Source of the DNA: Solirubrobacterales bacterium
GTDB lineage: Bacteria > Actinomycetota > Thermoleophilia > Solirubrobacterales > 70-9
Assembly (NCBI GenBank): GCA_036399875.1
Contig: DASWMG010000292.1
Coordinates: 1 to 25,758, forward strand
Direction: 5' to 3'
DNA length: 25,758 nucleotides
Of this stretch, positions 21,696 through 25,758 are shown piece by piece. The notes under the pieces were generated by a model, which was not told the origin of the DNA, searched no databases, and saw only the letters and a list, made by a program, of their open reading frames with translations. Position numbers and translations under genes: made by a program. Every line of letters starts with the position of its first letter. The first letter of the stretch is position 1.

Positions 21696-23419
21696 GCGAG
21701 GTGCTGGCGGGAGCGGGCGTTGTCGCGGCCGCGGGCTTCGCCGCCGCCGCGATCCTGCTGCCCCGCGGACGCGCGCGCAGCGCCGCGATGCTCGCGGCGC
21801 TCGTCCTCTTCCCGCTGCTGATCGCCGGCGACCAGTGGCACTCGCCGCAGTTTGTCGACCTACGTGACGAGCCGCTCGGCTTCGCGGCGCTCGTCGCGGC
21901 GGCGCTGGCTGGGGCGACCCTGCTCGCGGCCGCTTTTCGACGCTGGCCAATCGCCCTTCCCCTCGCCATCGTCTTCGCCCTCCCCTTCCGCATTCCGCTG
22001 GAGGCGGGCGGCGACACGGCGAATCTCCTCGTCCCGCTCTACCTCGTCATTGCCGGCGGGGTGCTGGCGGCGGCGCTGAGGGATTGGCGGATTGCCGAAA
22101 CCGCTCCTCCGGCGGTTGGCGTCGTAGGGGGGACCACCCCTGAGGACGCTTTAGCGACCGGAAGGGGTGGTGGGTCCCCTGCGGCGACAGGACCCGCCGG
22201 CCCCGCGCTCTGGCTACCCCGTGTACTCGCGGCCGTCGTCCTTCTTTATGCCCTGCAGACCCTCTACTCGCCTGACTTTTCGAAGAGCCTGCAGAACGTG
22301 TGCTTCTTCTTCGTGCCGTTCTCGCCGGTGTATGCGCTGCTGCGAGACGTGAGGTGGACTCAGAAGCTGCTCGGACTCGTACTCGCCGTGGTGGCAGCGG
22401 AGGCGGTCGCATTCGTCTTGGTCGGCTCAATCGAGTACTTGACCCGGGAGTTGTTCTGGAACGACCAGGTGATCAGGTCGAACGAATTCCACACCTACTT
22501 CCGGGTCAACTCGATCTTCTGGGACCCAAACATCTACGGCAGGTATCTCGCACTGGTCGCGACGATCGCGATGGCGGTGCTGCTGTGGGTGAGGGAGAAG
22601 AGGACGTTCGCGATGCTCACCGCGCTCATAGCGGTGTTGTGGATCGGCCTCGTGCCGACCTTCTCGCAGTCGAGCTTCGCGGCGTTGCTGGGAGGGCTTG
22701 CGGTTCTGGCCGCGATTCGGTGGAGCGTCAAGTGGACGGCCGTGGCCGTCGGCGCTGCCGCCGTGCTCGGGATCGCCGTCGTGGTCTTCGCCGGCGGCGT
22801 CTCGAAGCTCAGCCCCGACCGCTGCAACGTGGACACGGGCGGCCGCTGCAGCCTGATCGCCGGCGGCGCCAAGATGTTCGGGCAGCGGCCCCTTTGGGGC
22901 TACGGGGCAGGCAGCTTCCCGCGCGCCTACCGCGAACATGCCGCCACGAAGAAGGCACCCGTCTCGGTCTCTCACACTGAGCCGGTAACCGTGGCGGCTG
23001 AGCAGGGCCTCCTCGGCCTGACCGCTTACTTCGCTTTGCTTGCCGCGGCGGTGTGGACCCTCGCGGCCAACCTTGGGACCTCGCTGTCCAACTCCTCCGC
23101 TTCTCGCGCGGGTGGCACGGTAGGGGGAACCACCCCCGAGGACGCTTTAGCGACCGGAGGGGGTGGTGGGTCCCCTGCCGTGACAGGACCCGCGCGCCCC
23201 GCGGCCGGCCCCGCGCTCGGACCCGCGCGCCCCGCGGCCGGACCCGCGCTAGGACCCGCCCGCCCGGCGATCCTCGCCGCCTTCGTCGCCCTCCTCGTCC
23301 ACACCATGGCCTACGCCGGCTTCTTCGAGGACCCGATCGCCTGGGTCCTGCTCGCGATCGGCGCCTCGCTCGCGGCCGCCCCCACCGGCTCGGCCAGCCA
23401 AGTCCGGCCCTCCGCCTAA
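21692..23419 (+). CDS. O-antigen ligase/polymerase (WaaL/Wzy_C-like) membrane protein, 575 aa, with two repeat-derived loop insertions
   Basis: Multi-TM protein with FRVNSIFWDPNIYG, TFSQSS, P.WGYGAGSF and SHTEPVTVAAEQGLLG. GTG 21692 gives MSEVLAGAG. Confidence 0.88.
   Translation: MSEVLAGAGVVAAAGFAAAAILLPRGRARSAAMLAALVLFPLLIAGDQWHSPQFVDLRDEPLGFAALVAAALAGATLLAAAFRRWPIALPLAIVFALPFRIPLEAGGDTANLLVPLYLVIAGGVLAAALRDWRIAETAPPAVGVVGGTTPEDALATGRGGGSPAATGPAGPALWLPRVLAAVVLLYALQTLYSPDFSKSLQNVCFFFVPFSPVYALLRDVRWTQKLLGLVLAVVAAEAVAFVLVGSIEYLTRELFWNDQVIRSNEFHTYFRVNSIFWDPNIYGRYLALVATIAMAVLLWVREKRTFAMLTALIAVLWIGLVPTFSQSSFAALLGGLAVLAAIRWSVKWTAVAVGAAAVLGIAVVVFAGGVSKLSPDRCNVDTGGRCSLIAGGAKMFGQRPLWGYGAGSFPRAYREHAATKKAPVSVSHTEPVTVAAEQGLLGLTAYFALLAAAVWTLAANLGTSLSNSSASRAGGTVGGTTPEDALATGGGGGSPAVTGPARPAAGPALGPARPAAGPALGPARPAILAAFVALLVHTMAYAGFFEDPIAWVLLAIGASLAAAPTGSASQVRPSA
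22124..22197 (+). repeat. Palindromic coding repeat, copy 1
   Basis: 69/74 identical to 23120-23193. Begins GTAG; encodes VGGTTPEDALATGRGGGSPAATGPA. Confidence 0.9.
23120..23193 (+). repeat. Palindromic coding repeat, copy 2
   Basis: Same frame as copy 1 (996 bp apart). Encodes VGGTTPEDALATGGGGGSPAVTGPA. Confidence 0.9.
23186..23269 (+). repeat. 33-bp in-frame tandem repeat, about 2.5 units (GPARPAAGPAL)
   Basis: Units at 23186-23218 and 23219-23251, plus a partial unit from 23252. Confidence 0.85.
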
Positions 23420-23422
23420 GCT
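23417..23422 (+). promoter_or_regulatory. Putative -10 box TAAGCT (includes the upstream TAA stop), leaderless layout for the flippase
   Basis: TAAGCT + 6 nt + GTG 23429. Confidence 0.45.
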
Positions 23423-23428
23423 CGCCGC

Positions 23429-24970
23429 GTGTCGGGCTACCTCCGCCGCCTAGCGACGACCGGCGCGGCATACACCGCGGCCAACATCCTCTCGAAGCTG
23501 ATCGCGGTCGCGCTGCTGCCGCTCTACACGCGCTATCTGGCGCCCGCCGACTACGGAGTCGCGGAGGTCCTCTTCGCCGCCGTCGTCGCCGCCAGCATCG
23601 TCGTCCGCTTCGGCGTGATCGAGGCGGTGCTGCGCTTCTACTACAAGGCCGGCGAGGACCCCGACCGCGTAGTCGCCGCCTCCTTCGCGGCGCTCTTCTG
23701 GTTCGCGACGGCGGCGGCGCTGATCGCGCTGCCCTTCGCCGCGCCGCTCTCCGAAGCGCTGCTCGACCAGCGCGCCCCGGACCTGATGCGGATCGCCATC
23801 GCCGGCCTCTGGGTGGCGACCCTGCACGAGTATTTGCTGACCCTCTTCCGGCTCGAGGAGCGCGCCCGCGCCTTCTTCGCGGTGACGATCGCCAACGTGA
23901 TCGCCGCGATCGCGCTCACCGTGGCGCTGGTGGTCGGCGCCGACGAGGGGGCGCGGGGACTGCTGCTCGGCAGCTACGTCAGCGGCGGCCTCTTCGTCCT
24001 CGGCCTGATCGTCGTCCACTGGCAACGCCTCTCGCTCGACCCCGACCCTCCCCTGCTGCGACGCATGCTGCGCTTCGGGCTGCCGACGATGCCCGCCGAG
24101 CTCTCGCTCTACGCGCTCAACTTCGTCGACCGGATCATCATCATCCGCACCCTCGGCGCCGCCGAGGCCGGCCTCTACGCGCTGGCGATCAAGTTCGCCC
24201 AGGGCGTCAACATCCTCGCCCGCGGCTTCCAGCTCGCCTGGCCGCCCCTTGCCTACTCGATCGAGGACGACGACGAGGCGCGCCGGGTCTACGCGCGCGT
24301 CGTCACCCTCTTCCTCGCCGCCTGCGCCCTGGTCGTCGCCGGCCTCTGGCTGTTCGCGCGCTGGATCGCCCGCGCCCTCGCCGCCCCCGAGTTCTTCGAG
24401 TCCTACGAAGCCGTCGGCCTAATCTCGGCGGCGATCGCCCTCTACGCCCTCTACATGGTGCAGCTGGTCATCCTCGGCCGCACCGGCCGCACCGAGCTCA
24501 ACTTCCCCGCCACCTTCGCCGCCCTCCTCGTCAACGTCGTCCTCAACCTGCTGCTGGTGCCGCCGCTCGGCATCGTCGGCGCCGGCCTCGCGCTGGTCGC
24601 GTCCTACCTCGTCGTGGTGGCGCTGATGTACGGGTTCACCCAGCGGCTCTTCCCGGTGCCCTACGAGTGGGGCCGGCTGGCCCGCGTCGTCCTCGGCGCG
24701 GCTGCGGTCGTCGCGATTGGCGAGCTGTTGCTGCCCACCGATGGCCTCGACGGACTGCTCGCTCGCGCCGCGCTGCTGGCGACCTATCCGCTGATCCTCC
24801 TCCTCAGCGGCTTCTTCACCGCCGAGGAGCGCGCCCAGCTCGCGCGGCTGCGCCATCCCGGCGAGCTCGTCGAGCGGTTCCGCGCGGCTCGCGACCAGCC
24901 GACCGCCGTCGACGGCGGCATCCCCGAGGCGGCGGAGGCGGCGCAGATGGACCAGGACGCCCGCGGCTAG
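23429..24970 (+). CDS. Wzx-like oligosaccharide flippase (MOP superfamily)
   Basis: Many TM segments, LPLYTRYLAPADYG, LRFGLP and DRIII..TLG..EAGLYALA.K. Confidence 0.9.
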   Translation: MSGYLRRLATTGAAYTAANILSKLIAVALLPLYTRYLAPADYGVAEVLFAAVVAASIVVRFGVIEAVLRFYYKAGEDPDRVVAASFAALFWFATAAALIALPFAAPLSEALLDQRAPDLMRIAIAGLWVATLHEYLLTLFRLEERARAFFAVTIANVIAAIALTVALVVGADEGARGLLLGSYVSGGLFVLGLIVVHWQRLSLDPDPPLLRRMLRFGLPTMPAELSLYALNFVDRIIIIRTLGAAEAGLYALAIKFAQGVNILARGFQLAWPPLAYSIEDDDEARRVYARVVTLFLAACALVVAGLWLFARWIARALAAPEFFESYEAVGLISAAIALYALYMVQLVILGRTGRTELNFPATFAALLVNVVLNLLLVPPLGIVGAGLALVASYLVVVALMYGFTQRLFPVPYEWGRLARVVLGAAAVVAIGELLLPTDGLDGLLARAALLATYPLILLLSGFFTAEERAQLARLRHPGELVERFRAARDQPTAVDGGIPEAAEAAQMDQDARG

Positions 24971-25758
24971 ACGGCACGGTCGCGGATGCTCTCGCCGCGC
25001 TGGGGCAGCAGCGCCTGGCGGGCGTGGGCCCAGAAGATCGGCGCCGGCCGGTTCGGGAGGACGGTGGCGGCGAGGGCGCGCAGCGCGTAGGACCAGGCGG
25101 TGAGCAGGCGCACCGCCAGCGCCGCCGCGACGGAGTGGTGCTTGCGTATGTAGAGGTCGCGGTTGCGGTGGAATTCGACGATCCGTGGCAGGCCGGCGGC
25201 CAGGTCGGTGGAGAGCTGATCGTGGTGGACGGCCTCGGCGGCGGGGACGAAGAGGGTGCGCCAGCCGGCGTCGGCGAGGCGCCTGCAGAAGTCGCACTCG
25301 TCGTAGTAGACGAAGAAGGCGGGGTCGAGGTAGCCGACCTCCTCGGCGGCTCGGCGGCGCACGAGCAGGGCGCTCGACTGCGCCCAGTCGACCCGGCGCG
25401 TCGCGGACCCGCGGCTCTGCACGGTGAGCCGGCGGTGGAGGAAGAGCGCCCCGACCAGCGCCGTGCGGACACCCGGGAAGCGCCAGGCGCAGGGCACCGG
25501 CGCGCCGCCGGAGTCGAGCAGCTGCGCGCCGGCGGCGCCGGCGCGGGGATCGGCCTCCAGCGCGTCGAGCAGGGCCCGCGTCGCCCCCGGCCGCAGCTCG
25601 GAGTCCTCGTTGAGCAGCAGGCAGTACTCGCCCCCGGCCTCGCGCAGGAGCGTCGAGTCGTTCTCGGCCTTGCCGGCGCGCCGCTCGAGCGCGATCAGGC
25701 GCAGCCCGCCGGCCACGCCTGCGCGCTCACCTACCGTGTGCGCCCGCTCGCCCGCCCG
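24967..25758 (-). CDS. GT2-family glycosyltransferase (WbbL/GT2_like); 5' end outside the window
   Basis: LLLNEDSEL, VDWAQSSALLVRR and LDPAFFVYYDECDFCRR. The frame stays open from 25716 to the window edge, so the real start is probably upstream. Confidence 0.88.
   Translation of the reverse strand, partial: RAGERAHTVGERAGVAGGLRLIALERRAGKAENDSTLLREAGGEYCLLLNEDSELRPGATRALLDALEADPRAGAAGAQLLDSGGAPVPCAWRFPGVRTALVGALFLHRRLTVQSRGSATRRVDWAQSSALLVRRRAAEEVGYLDPAFFVYYDECDFCRRLADAGWRTLFVPAAEAVHHDQLSTDLAAGLPRIVEFHRNRDLYIRKHHSVAAALAVRLLTAWSYALRALAATVLPNRPAPIFWAHARQALLPQRGESIRDRAV

Overview
GC-rich actinobacterial DNA (about 70-75% GC in the core genes I spot-counted). Gene content suggests Thermoleophilia/Solirubrobacterales; this is inference, not a database result. 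Left: a minus-strand run of CARDB-like membrane protein, pheA, an HNH nuclease and pyrD (3' end runs off the window). Next: a Ser/Thr kinase followed by the actinobacterial cell-wall signalling operon fhaA-fhaB-pstP-rodA-pbpA-pknB, here lacking pknA and ending in ddl. Converging on it: dedA-uppP-[AT-rich repeat array]-fic-purM-third Ser/Thr kinase. Right: a surface-glycan cluster (CapD/PglF-type dehydratase, LytR_C protein, FlgD-Ig-like protein, O-antigen ligase/polymerase-like protein, Wzx-like flippase, convergent GT2 cut by the window edge). No rRNA, tRNA, CRISPR array or transposase was seen. Most notable: (1) a lower-GC Fic-wHTH gene preceded by a 69-bp TCCAA/TTGGA operator-like array and stop/start-coupled to purM and a kinase; (2) GTRG-footed palindromic REP-like elements, two translated in frame inside the O-antigen ligase and one flanked by a 6-bp direct repeat that creates a bridging 21-aa ORF; (3) fhaA apparently starting at ATC in a leaderless promoter layout; (4) a motif-intact kinase whose ectodomain resembles that of the mycobacterial MviN pseudokinase module.
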